DNA from: Bilabrum cf. latius
Lineage: Eukaryota
Assembly (NCBI GenBank): GCA_965178125.1
Contig: OZ237742.1
Coordinates: 434,001 to 498,000 of the forward strand
Length of the DNA: 64,000 bases
Reading direction: 5' to 3'
Shown: in pieces, positions 46,201 to 58,960 of the stretch
Numbering within the stretch: the stretch's first letter is position 1
How the letters are laid out: the number at the start of each line of letters is the position of its first letter
The notes under the pieces: model-generated
The model's database searches: none
What the model saw: only the letters and a program-made list of their open reading frames with translations
What the model was told of the DNA's origin: nothing
Translations under genes and position numbers: made by a program

Positions 46201-48584
46201 ATGGCGAGTTCAGGAACCCCCAAGGGCTTGGGCCATTTGGCCACCGATAAATAGGGCAAGGTACTGAAGGTCTCCGGTCCGCGTGAGTCATGTCAAGACA
46301 GGTGGTCTCATGCAGTGTTCCATTGTGCCACAGCTATTCGTGTTCGCGTTTCGCACTTGGGTTGGCGTTCGCAGTTGTAGTTGCCGAGCAGATGAAAGGT
46401 GCATAGATGTACGAGCTAGTGAGAGCGCAGCGCCTGTCGCGCGTAACGTCTCGTGTGGCAAGATCCTGCACCCAGCTGCTGCAGCGTGGTTCTTAAATTG
46501 TCTACCTTGCAGGTCAAAGTTGGTGAAAAACGAATTGTTGGAGAAATTATTGAGTTGGAAGGTAACACCGCTTCCATCTAGTGCTATGAGAATACATGTA
46601 AGGCTTAGTGGCTGGGACGCCCGCTCCAGTACCCGCCTTGCCACGCATCCACTTGAAGCGCACGTTCCGTTCACACTGTGCCATCGCAGCTGGGCTTCGA
46701 CTTGGAGATGCTGTTGTCCGTACAGAGAAGCCTCTTTCGGTGCTTCTTGGCCCGGGTTTGATGGGGGAGATTTTCGACGGCATCCAACGACCGCTAGAGA
46801 CGATTTACGACCAGGTCGAGAAAGCCGACGGCAAGAAGGAGGCCGCATTCATTCCACTCGGGGTGGAGGTAAAGAACCTCAACCACGAGAAGACGTGGAG
46901 ATTCACGCCGAGGGGTCACTTCCACCCAGCTTAGCTGGCGGCGGAAGCAGACCCGGCGGCGGCATCGGCGGCTGGCAGCAGCGGGGCCGCGTCTGGGGCA
47001 GGAGCCGCATCTGGCGCATCCGGCGCTGCAGTCGGAGACGGTGGCTTCTGGGTGCAGGGCGAGGGAAGCACGATCAAGGTAGGAGACAGCCTCAGCGCGG
47101 GCGACGTGATCGGCGTGGTTTGGGAGAACTCTCTATTCAACAAGCACGCCATCATGATCCCGCCGCACCTGCACGGGGTGGTCACCGAAGTGGGCCCGCT
47201 CATGCAGCCTGCGGACGGGGAACAGCACACCATGGCGACCATCAGCGACGTCCTGCTGAAGATCCGCAAGCCCGGTCGCAAGCGCGTGCACCCGATCCGG
47301 CTTGCCCATTTCTGGCCAGTGCGCAAGCCCAGGAAGGTATCGAAGAAGCTCAAGGGCGAGGAGGCACTCATCACGGGACAGAGAGTCATCGACATCCTGT
47401 TCCCATCGGTGCTGGGCGGCACGTGCGCCATTCCCGGCGCGTTTGGTTGCGGCAAGACGTGCATCTCGCAGGCCCTCAGCAAGCACAGCAACACGAGTGC
47501 CATCGTGTACGTTGGCTGCGGCGAGCGCGGGAACGAGATGGCCGAGGTGCTGCACGATTTCCCCGAGCTCAAGCTGACCACAGACAGCGGGGAGGAGGTG
47601 TCCATCATGGACCGCACGTGCCTGGTGGCGAACACCAGCAACATGCCGGTGGCGGCGAGAGAGGCCTCTATCTATACCGGCATCACGATCGCGGAGTACC
47701 TCAGAGACCAGGGATTCCACGTTGCTATGATGGCAGACTCCACCTCTCGGTGGGCAGAGGCCCTGCGAGAGATCAGCGGGCGGCTCGGTGAGATGCCAGC
47801 GGACGGAGGCTACCCGGCCTACCTGTCGGCCCGTCTGGCCGCTTTCTACGAGCGGGCCGGCAAGGTGGAGTGCCTTGGGGCTCCGCGGAGGGAAGGGTCC
47901 GTTACCGTGGTGGGCGCTGTGAGTCCACCGGGCGGCGATTTCAGCGACCCGGTGACGTCGGCCACGCTGAACATCGTGCAGGTGTTCTGGGGATTGGACA
48001 AGAAGCTGGCCCAGAGAAAGCACTTCCCCTCGCTCAACTGGAACGTGTCATACTCCAAGTACAAGGAACCCATCGACAAGTTCCTGAACGATTTCACCAA
48101 GCCAGAGGGCGACTACAGCCGGCTGAGAGACCAGTGCGCCCAGATCTTGCAGCAGGAGAAGAAGCTGCTGGACATCGTGCAGCTCGTGGGCGAGGAGCAG
48201 CTGCAGCCGTCCGAGAAGGTGGACATGGAGGTAGCCAAGATGATCAGGGAGGAGTTCTTGCAGCAAGATGCGTTCTCCAAGAACGACTACAACTGCCCTC
48301 TGGAAAAGTCCATCGGCATGCTCAGGTGCATCATCCGACTGTACGACCGATGCATCAGGGCGGTTCGAGAGTCCGGTGCAGAGGCGCACGAGACGGGAGA
48401 CTCGACCCGCATGTTTACCTGGCAGACGCTGCGAGTGGGGTACGGTGACCTGCTGCAGACCATGTACCGGATGCACGAGCTGAGCCCCACGCTTGCCCCC
48501 GATCGCATCGAGGAGTCGTTCAAGGGCGTCATGCAGGAGATCGACAAGGTCTTTGACGAGATCTCGCAGGTGTGGAAGTCGTGA
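46201..48584 (+). CDS. ATP6V1A: V-type H+-ATPase catalytic subunit A; introns 46283-46374, 46419-46512, 46598-46688; 4 in-frame TAG
   Basis: KVSGPLVVAE, MYELVKVG, IVGEIIELEGNTASI*CYENT, IFDGIQRPL, PGAFGCGKT, GCGERGNEM, ADSTSRWAEALREIS, GAVSPPGGDFSDPV. Ends TGA. Confidence 0.96.
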
Positions 48585-48705
48585 GGTGTCAGGCGATTAT
48601 GATTGAAAGGTTGGCTGTCACAGAGAGGTTGCATTGCAAGCAATCAGCTGCAGTCACAGCTCCCGTCCCGCACTGTCTCGTCAGGCACCTTGTTCTCGCC
48701 TGTTA

Positions 48706-50160
48706 TCATCTTGGCCTTACTCCCGTCCGAGGCTTCTTTGCCGGCCTGTCCTAGCCCCCATTGCCGCCCGTACCCCCCGCAGCGTTGCCTCCTCGGGCCG
48801 CGTGTCGCTCTGCCTTTTTGGCTTCCCTTCGCTTCTGGCTCAAGATCCGGCCTGCCTGCAGCCGCTTGAACGGCAGTCGCTTGTCCACCTCGACTCTCTC
48901 TCTCGCACCGCCTGGCTTGCCTGCGCCGCCCGTTCGCTCCTATTTGCGCTTGCGTTTCTTTCCAAGTTTGTTCTGTTTCTACGTCTTGGTCTAGTCTGCA
49001 CCTTCAGGCGCGAGCCCTTCGCCCGAGCTCGCCTGAGCACTACCGGCTGATGACGGCACACCTGCACCTGCACCTGCACGCCCCTGGAGATGCATGGAAG
49101 CAGCTGGCGGGGCTTTCACGAGCTTGGGTGGAACAGCAGCTGCGCTCTGCGAGACGGTCAGCCCAGCCAAGGGTTCAAGCCCCTCGCCGGGCGCTGCCTC
49201 CGCCTGCCTTGCAAGCTGCTTGAGGGTTTCCGTGCCGAGTGCATCCTCCCTCGCCTTTCGTCTTTCTTCCAGCTCCTGCCAGCGGCTTTCGTGCTTTTTC
49301 TTCCATTTGTCTCGCTTCCCTGCTCGCTTTTCAGCGACACCCTCAGCCATGGGCACGTCGTCTGGCTGCCCCCGCATGCCCGATTTAAGCCAGGCCTCCC
49401 ACTGCCGCGCTGCGTGGCGATACAGCCGCATGGGAGCGATGGCGTCTTCCGCGGGATCGTGCTCGCCTGACTAGATCTTCATGTTCAGGTATTCGCTCGC
49501 CAGCTGCAGCAGTCGCTTCGGTCTGCGCTGGCCACCTCGCAACCACTGGTACGCCGGGAACTTCGCGGTGTCTCGAATCATTCGGCGAGGATGCTTCAGC
49601 ATTAGTACAGTGAGGTCATTTGAGAGACCATGTCCAACAATAAATCGACCCTCGGTGAGAATGCCGACCTCGCGCTGTACTTGGGCAAATGTTGGGGCAC
49701 GGCGCAGATGCTCTGGCTTCACGCCGCTGACCCATGTTCGGTAGTCAGCGACCTTTTCTTGGGGCTGCACGTACGTCGAATAAATCACTTCGCAATCATA
49801 GTTTACCACACATATTTGGGCCAGGACAGATCTGTCCTTGGGCCCTACGCCAACCATTTCGCAATCCAATGCTAGATGAGTAGTAAGCCTAGGGGCAGGC
49901 TTGCTCGTGTCGATACCCCTGAGTATGAACCTCCCCACCTGCATTACACTTGGTGCAATCTTTACCCCACCCAACCCGGAATTCGGCTTGTTGCCCGCAA
50001 CGATGACCTTGGACGATGCATCGACCGGTTCTCTGGAAGCTTTCGATTTTGCGTCGCCCTTGGGTTTGACTGATAATTTGGCCTTCGAGCCTAGAGATGA
50101 TGCTATTGATAACCAGTTTGAACTGACAGCAGCCTTTTTCTTGCCTTTCTTGCTGCTCAT
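48706..50160 (-). CDS. REX4: RNA exonuclease 4 (DEDDh); 5 in-frame TAG
   Basis: SSNW, LALDCEMVGVG, DYRTWVSG, IVGHGLSNDL, IRDT, KI*SGEHDPAEDA..MRLY. Basic tail ends TGA 48706. Confidence 0.92.
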
Positions 50161-50274
50161 GTGCTGCCGTGCAGTCCGAAGTGCAACTGCAAGTTGGTGC
50201 TGCGGCACCGCCGCAGGTGGCGCGGCGGCTTGTGTGCCGCGGCGCCGGCTCCGCACCCCACGCAATCCCATACC

Positions 50275-53127
50275 TCATCTGCAAAGAGCCTGCACGGACA
50301 TCGAGCTCGGCTCTGCAGCAAGCGCCCTAATCTCGGCCGCCGCTTGCTTTACCGCCGCTGCGATTTCCTTCAATGGCGCGGTCCCGCAGCCGTGGTGCTC
50401 CATGTCGTGGGCAATCACAACGCTGTACCGTAGACCCTGCTTCAACGAGACTCCAGCAAACATAAAGTTCGGCTGCTTGCCCGCCAGCACCTCGACCACG
50501 TGCCCCCACGCGGGCATCGCCACAGTGTTTGCCAGCGCAGCGCCGTGCGGGGCCACAACAACATCCACCTCCCTCCATTCCTTCCAGTGCCTCCACGGGA
50601 AAGGCCCCCCCTCCTCCTCCTCCTGCTGCACGTCAAACACCCTCACTGAGCCCACCTCCTCCATTGCCGAGATGGCATCCACAAGGGCACCGTGATTCAG
50701 CAGGCAGCGGGCTTTCTCGCGTTTCACCACCAGCACACGAACGCCGCCCTAGCGCACGCCGGGCGGTGGCACAATGCCATGCAGCGCATCGTTGGTGAAA
50801 CCTGCATCTCCTCCTCGACCGGCCACTCGGGAGCAGGCGAGGGCCTGCCCAGCGGTGGAATCAACACCAACCGCATGGATGCTCGCGCGCACTCCAACGG
50901 ACGCCACCAGCATCTGCGTCAGCTCTGCAGCCGCGTCACAGGGGCGCTCCAGTGCGTGCGGGCCGGCGGGGGGCCCCCCATATTCGGTATTACCCCCATT
51001 ATTTGCCAGGCGCGCACCACTAGCACCGAACCGAGGGTCCGCAGTTTGCTCTCGGGCGCGCCGCTTCTGCCAGTTGGATAGGTCCGGTGGGTCCCCTCTC
51101 GAGTCGAGTGGCTCGCGGACGGGAGTCCTGTGCTCGTACGATAGGAGATTCTCGGCTGCGAGCAGGGGCGAGGGGCACTGCTGTAGGCCCGCGCTGATGA
51201 AGCGACGCAGCAGCAGCAGCTGCCCGATGCTCGGCTGCATGCAGTGCGTGTTCTCAGGCAGTACCACCAGTGCAGCGGCGGCCTTGCCGATGGTGGACGG
51301 GACAGAGGCGTCGATGCCAGCAGCCTCTAAGATTGCGTGCGATAGGTTGTTGCTCTGCGCCGTCAGCAGCACTGTCCCAGGGGTGCGCGCGGTGAGCTGC
51401 CGCGCAGCAAGGAGCCTGGGTAGGCACTCCAGGATCATGTGAGCCGGGCCGATGCAGCCCACCTGACCGATCGCAACCAGTGCCCCATGCTCGCTGCCAC
51501 TGCCACGCGATCGGACCAGGTCCTCTACCTTTTTTGTGTGTTCGTACAGCTCGTCGTTGGTGGAAGGAGCCACAGGGAACGGCTCCATGGAGTTAAATGG
51601 GTCGAAGGGCTCGCACCCAACCGACACCAGCTGAGCTCCCCTGGCCCAGGCCCGCCCCCTCGAAGTGACCCCTGCCTGCGGCATGAAGAGCACCCTGGGC
51701 TCCACGTCAATGCGGCCGTCGAACCACAGGCTGAATCGATCGGACATCTGCCTCCAGTACAGCAGCCAATCGTCGCCCAGCCTCAAGGCTTCGATGGCCG
51801 TGCCCTGGTGCATGTCCTCGTTGCGGGCGAGTGAGCTGGCCAGCGCGTCGCGAAGGTCCTGAGCCCCCAGTGGCTCGAGGCTGGGATCATCAAAGTGGAA
51901 GCGATCGGCGGGGCCTGACCAGAGCCTGGGTGCAAGCGGGCTCCACCCGCTCTGTGCACCAAACCAGACGTCCCTGTCAGTGCCGTGACCGCTGGGACTT
52001 CGGCCTGCACCACCACGGCTCTGCGGAGACTTAGACTCTCGATATGAGCCCGCTGCGGCATTGTTGGCCTGTCCCACCCTTGCGATGTGCAGCCTCAGCT
52101 CGAGCAAACGCTGGGTCATGCCGCGCACACCGGCGCAAAGAGGCTCCAGCTGACTGCATGGGACCGACAGCCCCACCTGACCTCCCAGCACCGAGGTGAG
52201 GCCCGGCGACCGTCTCAGAGGAAGACGGGCCCATTGGGGGCGGCGATGGGACGCGGGCCATGCCAGTTCCCTGCGGGTGGAGCTTTGGACGTGTGCCATC
52301 TCCGCTGGATTTGCTGCTGCTGGCGCTTCCGCGGGCACTGGCAGTGGAAGCAGCGCGTTGGCGATGAGGTCCCCGTGGGTGGCTCGCCAGCTCTCCCAGC
52401 CGCGGGTGAAGCGAGCCTCTGCTGCTGCTTGGGCGGGCATTCCGAATGGCCACGTGTCTGATTCTTTGTGAATCGGTTGTGGTGATGGCCGAGCGTAACG
52501 CAGAGTCGAATCTGCTGGCTGGCGGGCGTCCTCGGCGGCATGCTCCCTGCCACTGTCGATCGTCTGCGGTTTCACGACAAGGCCCTCGCACACTGATAGT
52601 CCCGCCATATCCATCTAGATACGCGCCTTGACTGCTGCTGATGGGTCAATCAACGGGTTTCCTCCACCATCAATCCCGCTACGTTGCACTTCGGCGCAAA
52701 TTCTTTCGATTGAGCCTACTGTCGCCTGCTCCGAGAGACAGGCTGGCTGCACCACACTGGGCTTCCCAAAGCCATTTGGCCCCATGTCTGCAGCTAATGT
52801 CAATGATCCTGTATATGAATTGCCCACCAGGACGGAACGGTTGGCTTCGAACTCGCTGCACAGTTGCTCTGTGGCTCCAAACAGGACTAGCTTCGACTTT
52901 AAGGAGGTTTTAGCATGGCTCAATTTGGGTGTCGAACAAGCGCCAGCATCGAGACTACTGGCTAATTGTATAGTAGCCTAGACTTCGGACACCGATAATG
53001 CGTTGAGTCGCTCTCCTGGTGCTATCGCCTGGACGACACCGAGCAACTGCAACTGCACAAGGAAAAAAACAATGTTGCACGCCTTGCCACCCCAACTATG
53101 GTAGCGTTGGAACGGAAGTACATGCAT
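50275..53127 (-). CDS. Glycosyltransferase family 61 (DUF563)-like protein; 3 in-frame TAG
   Basis: ORFs 52615-52923, 50749-52614 and 50275-50736 share a frame. AHMILECLPRL, LVVKREKARCLLN, DVVVAPHGAALANTVAM..VVEV; hydrophobic N-terminal anchor. Confidence 0.7.
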
Positions 53128-53356
53128 GTGTATTCTACCGCTGCGCCAGAGGCTTTCGCCTGGCTACTTCTAGCGAATTGACCCGAATGAATACAGTGCC
53201 TGGGTGCATCGCATCGTGCTGTCGTCGCGTCGGGTCGCGCGCCGAGCTTGGTCGCTGGCGGCCAGTGGAGAGAATCAATCGAAGCATTAAAGTGTACAGA
53301 TGAGTATATGATATACTGCACGTGTCAACACGGAGACAATCCTTTCCAGCGCCAGC

Positions 53357-56300
53357 TCACGCCTCTTGGGCGGTCGGGGCTGGGGCCGGGGACACGGACT
53401 TGGCGCCGGAGGGCGACCCCTGGCTAGACATCTCGATTGACTTCTGGTGCGCCCGCGCAGCGGCAAGGTTACCAGACTTGACTCCATCCAGGGACAGCCC
53501 GTCGTCGAAGTGCGGGTGCGCCGGCGGCCCGACAGTCGCGAGCACCACGGGCAGCAGGATCATCCCGTGCCCGATCCCAAGCACCACGCTAAGGAAGAAG
53601 CACTTAAAGAACACCACGAAGATGTAGGACTGCGACACGGAGAGCACCACCACCGCGAGGAAGGTGGAAGTGGCTCCGTTGATGATCGCCACACCCATGT
53701 CCGACAGGGCCAATGCCGCGCGCCTGTCCGTGTCGCCATGCTTGTGCATGAAGGCCTCCCCGAGGTGAAGGCTGTAGTCCACCGCGATGCCGATTGCCAG
53801 CACCAGGTTCACCGACACCACCCCGTCCAGAGTGACATCCCAGGGAACAAGGTAACCCAGGATGTTGAGCAGCACGAGGGCCACCATGAGCGTGAGGTAC
53901 ACCATCATCAGCGGGTGCGCCACCACGATTAGCACGATCACCGCCACCGCAGCTACGGCCAGACCCAGGTTCTGCAGGATCTCCTGCTGCACCACCTTGT
54001 ACTGCTCCGCGTCAAAGAACGCAAAGCTGAACGCGAACGCATACCCAGTGAAGCCCGCCTCCTCGGCAGCCTCCTCCACCTTTGCCCTCGTGTCATCCAT
54101 CGCGTCGATCTCCTCCTGCGAGGACTAGAACGCCCGGAAGAAGGCCGTCACCCTCGCGATGGAGATCACGTCAGTGTTGGCGCTGGCATCGTAGATGATG
54201 TCACTGGAGAACCTGGCTCCCTGCCCGTTGAACCAAGTCTGGAATCCCGCCACGAAGGCCTGCTTCGTGACACCGTCAGCAAACAGGTCGGGCCTGTCTG
54301 TGCGGAACGTTTCGGCCCAGCACAGGACGGGCTGCGAATCGCTCACAAAGGTGCTCTCCCTCAGCGCATCGCACAGGGCTGGCATCACGTTCCTGTCCTC
54401 GAAGACCTGCAGGCTCCTCGCGTACGCGCTGATGGGCCCTCCCGAGTTGGTGAAGTATTCGTTCTGGATGTCGTACCACTCCTGCAAGGGGGAGTCCGAC
54501 GGGACGAACCACTCGGAGCGGAATTCCTGCTTGAGACCGGTCACCTGCCAAGCAGCCACTGCCGCAAGGATGGTGAAGACGGCCACAGTCGCGATCTTGC
54601 CGGGTACCGACAGCAGGTAGCCGGCGTAGTAATGGTAGATGATGTACCGCGCCGCACCAGGGCCGCAGTATCCCTGGCTTGGGACGGGGGGCTCCGGGCT
54701 GATGTACTCTTCTTCTGGCATCTCCTGGTTGTTGTCCTCTTCCATGCTGACACCGCTCGAGTTGACGGCGTTGTCGGCTGCCTTGGGGGCCGCTGCGGAA
54801 GGAGCGGGTAGATCCTTGGAGTCCGGCTGCTTGGACTCAGAAGCAGTCGGCGAGGAGGCGCTGGCGCGAACCGCTGCGGGCGGGTTGCCCTCTGCCGGAT
54901 TGGACACGGCCTAGCCGGCCTTATCCCCGCCCTCCTTGCGCCTCGGGTCCGTCTCTGGGAAGCTGTAGACTGACTCGGGGTGGCCTTCCCCGGACCCGCA
55001 GCAGCAGCAGACGTCGTACCTGCCGTGCGCCTGGCGCTGTTGGTCGAGGACCAGGCATGCGGGGAAGAAGGTCACGGAGAAGATGAACACTGCCGCGATG
55101 GCGAACGCGGCCCAGATGCAGAAGGACGCCAGTGCAGGCAGCTGGGTGCTGGACCCGATCATGAAGGCCACAAAGTCCGTGAGAGTGGTCGTGGTCATGG
55201 AGCTGCCGCCGTGCCTGAGAGCCTCTGCCACCCTGTCCTGGATGTTCCTCTTGGGGTCCGTGAGGGAGTATTCCTGCACCACCACGAAGATGTCGTCGAC
55301 GCCGATGCCGGCCAGCACGAACGGCAGACTGCGAGAGACACAGAGGAAAGGGGAAACAGAGAGAGAAGAGAGAGGATGCGGCGAGCAAGAACAAGCAAAC
55401 GAGGCAAGCAGGGCAAAACATGATCGCGCGGTGGACAGGATCCGCGATTCCATCCATCCCATTCGACGACTCACACAGAATGCACAGGGCTGTAGAAGCT
55501 TGCAGGGGAGCCCAGACCGTAGGCAGCTCCTAGGGCCATGCCCACCGTGAGCGCACCGCAGATGGATAGTCCAATGCGAAGTCCCACGCACGTGCAGTCA
55601 ACCCTGAGCTGGATCGTCATGTAGACGAGGATGAGCATGATGCTCGCTCCAACGAAGGCCAAATCTCCCGTGATGGCCCTCCCGAACTCGTTGCTCACCC
55701 ACCAGTCCGTGCTGATCACCAGCCTGGCATTGGGATACTCGTCGCGGTTGTTGTCCGGGTCGGCGTTCAGCTCGGTGACGAGTTCCTCCTCCCACGCGTC
55801 CGCCACTGGGTCAATGAACTCGCCGCCCTCGAAGTAGGCGTTATCAGCAATCTCCCACTCCAGGGTGGCGGCCGACGCAGACACGATGCCACCTGCGGGA
55901 TATGGGGGAAGAAAATGAATTTTTGTCGTTTACATTGAGAAAGGCGAAATTCGGGGGCATGGACTTGGCCGCCGTCGTGCGGACAAGGCCAGGAGAAAGT
56001 GCATGCGGGAAAAGCACCTGGAAGACTGGCCACGTCACCTGAGGTCAAGCAGCGGTGCCGATGACGTAGAGATGGCGAGAGAGAATGGGAGGAAGCACAA
56101 AGCTCTATATTTACTCACCTTGGTCGTTCGTGGTTACCCCACCAAGTACAGCTTGAGGGGAGAATGGCTGCCCGAACGCGTTGGTGTACCGCCCGCTGGC
56201 AACGGCTTGGTTGATGTAGTCCGCTGGGCTAGTCCCAGACGCCTCTGCTGCCAGAATGACAGTCGCATTGTAGTCAAACAGAGTCAAGATGGAATTCTCC

Positions 56301-56857
56301 TGGCACTCGTAGTCTTCGGGATTCGGCCCCGTGCTGATGCGTGTGCAGATGTCTCGAAGGGTGACGTCCTCCCTTCGAACTCCATTCTGCCCCGTGGCAT
56401 CCGCCGAAACAGAGTACAGCAACTAATGAAACTTTTGTAGATCCTTAAGGACACCATAGTCGGCAAGGACGTTGTCGCCAGACCTGCTGACTGCGTACAC
56501 GTTCTGTCTTCTGGGCTGACGCGGGAATTCAGCGGACACGATGGCAAAGTCTTTCGATGCTTGAGTATCCTGCGGTGACCACAGCTTTTCAGGTCTAGAC
56601 TCTTCTTCATACTGTCCGATTCCAATCAGGAAAAGTCCCATCAACACGATGGAAAGACCGATCGTGATCCACGGGCCCTGGGCGATGAGACGGCCAAGCC
56701 TCGAGAAGAAGTACTGCAAGCCACCGTCAAGAGTAGCGCTAAACTTCTCAAGGCAAGATGGTTCTTGAGGTTCATTTCCACTTGCTGTGGTAGTCGACGG
56801 CATGATGCCAGGCGTGGAAGAGGCAAGAGTGGGCTGCAAAGGCGCAACGTCAGCCAT
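53357..56857 (-). CDS. Patched/NPC1-related sterol-sensing RND membrane protein; introns 55894-56118 and 55329-55474; 3 in-frame TAG
   Basis: PEKLWSPQD, LPFVLAGIGVDDIFV, GSSMTTTTLTDFVAF, AIGIAVDYSLH, GIGHGMILLPVVL; multiple transmembrane segments. Ends TGA. Confidence 0.9.
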
Positions 56858-56973
56858 CAGTCGGCCGCGACGACAACACCATATCTGGCTCCGGATTAAT
56901 GATAGCGTGTTGTTTTGTACAAATCTGATTATCGTACATATTGCTTGCGCAGAAAGCGCCCATTCGGACCGAC

Positions 56974-58887
56974 ATGGCCGGGGTCTCAAGAGAAGATCAT
57001 TCCTCTCACGAAATTGTTGATGCTTCTCACTTAGAGGCCGATGATTTTAGCCTAGGCCTCCATGTAGCCGTATGGAACAATGATCTCAAGCTGCTCGATA
57101 AATTGCTTGCCCTCAAAGAGATAGACTTGGAAACTAGGGACCCTAAAGGTGCCACACCACTGCTACTTGCATATAAGTTGGGCCGTCACAAGGCTGTGGC
57201 CAAACTGCTGCAATCCGGTGCGTACGCAAAACCGCGAGTAAACAATCGTTGGGAAGCTCAGCACTTTGCGGCCTGCACGAGAAACGTACCCATGCTACGA
57301 ACAGCTACATTAAGTATACTGAAAGAAACTGACCTGGCGTGGGAGCGCCGGGTGCCGCGGCTCATGGCGGCCCTGAGGGACATACCTGATTTCGATCTGA
57401 CCATGGAGTGGACGTTCAGGTCTTGGATCCCGCTGGTAAGCGGAATGCTACCCAACGACACAGTCAGGATTCGAAAACGTGGAACTGCGCTTCGGTTCGA
57501 CATGACACTGCTCGGCATGGAGAACCTATCGTGGCAGCGTGGCGACACGCAACTTGTCATGTAGGGCGAGGAGCATGGCAACCCTGGAGCAGTCTTGCTC
57601 ATGGATTCGCAGCTGAAGACCGCTGGAAACGGCAGGACACCCCTGACTCTAGCACCGGACACGTCTGTCCAGGATATTGTGCGAAAAACGCTGACGCAGG
57701 AGCAGTCCGACACGGACGTGTGGAGCAGGGACTGCCACATGACCCCAGTCAAAAAGACCTCCTGGCTCCTGTTCGACTCGGCGGAATAGGCCAGCGAAGA
57801 GGTAGGGGACTGGGGCCAGTGCATGCAGTACAAGCTCTCGGGCATGAAGCTCCGCAGCCTCAAGCATCCGGCCATTTTGCCAGAGCTCCCTCTGGAGTCC
57901 TGGTGGAAGCCCGAGTACGCCCTGGATAGCAGGCTGGCGAAAATCCCAGAGTCGGAGAAACAGCCTGGGATCCGCAACTGGGAGGCAGTAGGGCCTTACT
58001 TCAGGAAGGATACGGAGAAGGCCGGCTCGGCGGGGGCAGCCAAGGGAGGGGCGGGTGCTGGCGGCAAAGGCGGCTCGGGGGCGGGGGCGGGGGCCGATGG
58101 CGGGGACAGAGACTCGCCTCCTGAGGCGGGACTGGCCCCGTTGAAATCGATGATAGGCAAGTTGGAGTCGGGCGGCCTGGGTGGCGCCAGCAGCATCGAT
58201 TGGGAGACAGCGCTGAGTGGCGATGCCGACGGGCTCGCGGACTCTGCCCTTGACAGCGCCACTGTGAAGCAGCAGACCTTTTACTCGTATTTCGAGGGGA
58301 AGAAAACCGGACGAGTGGACCCGAATGACATCCGCAACAGCAACCGGGGCAGCAGGGGCATTTTGTCGCACCACGAACACGAGCACGAGCACGAGGGTGC
58401 TAGAGGGGATGCAGAGGCCGCCGCCGCCCCAGGGGAAGCAAAGGGCGAGGGCGAAGATAAAGAAAGGAAGGAGCGTTCAGCTAGCAGCGAGTCGGTCGAG
58501 GTCAGCATCGCGCCAAAAGCAGGGTGCGAGAAGCTGCCAGTGGCTGACATATACCCCGAGAACGTTCGTTCGGAGGAGAAGGTTCTGGATGCCAGCGTGT
58601 TTTTCAGCAAGGACTTTCCGCTGACGAGCGAGCAGATGGTCTCCGTGGTGGGCGTCATGGCGAGGACAGCCACCCACTTTAAGAACGTGCAGCGCTTCTT
58701 CGAGACCAAGATGCCCCAAGATGCCGGGTTCCCCGTCAAGTTCCAGATCCCTGCCTTCATCTCCGTCACTGCCACGGTGACGTTCAGCAAGTGCAAGCTG
58801 TGCACGCCGGAGGCCAGCCTGTTCGAGGTGCCCGGTGACTTCGAGTGGGGGGCCTACAAAGAGAGAGGCATGATCCGACAGCTGTGA
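56974..58887 (+). CDS. ANKRD13: ANKRD13-family protein (ankyrin repeats + GPCR-chaperone domain); 2 in-frame TAG
   Basis: LHVAVWNND, DPKGATPLLLA, PDFDLTMEWTFRSWIPLVS..KRGTALRFDMTLLG, DFPLT, GFPVKFQIP..ATVTF. Ends TGA. Confidence 0.85.
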
Positions 58888-58960
58888 GCGCTACGCGGTT
58901 CTTGGACGGGTGTTTATACATAGCGTAGCACATCCCTGAATAGTAACACGCACACAATCA

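Noticed and set aside
47420-47540. VMA1-type intein in V-ATPase A
   Set aside because: The GAFGCGKT to GCGERGNE region is contiguous, with no insertion.
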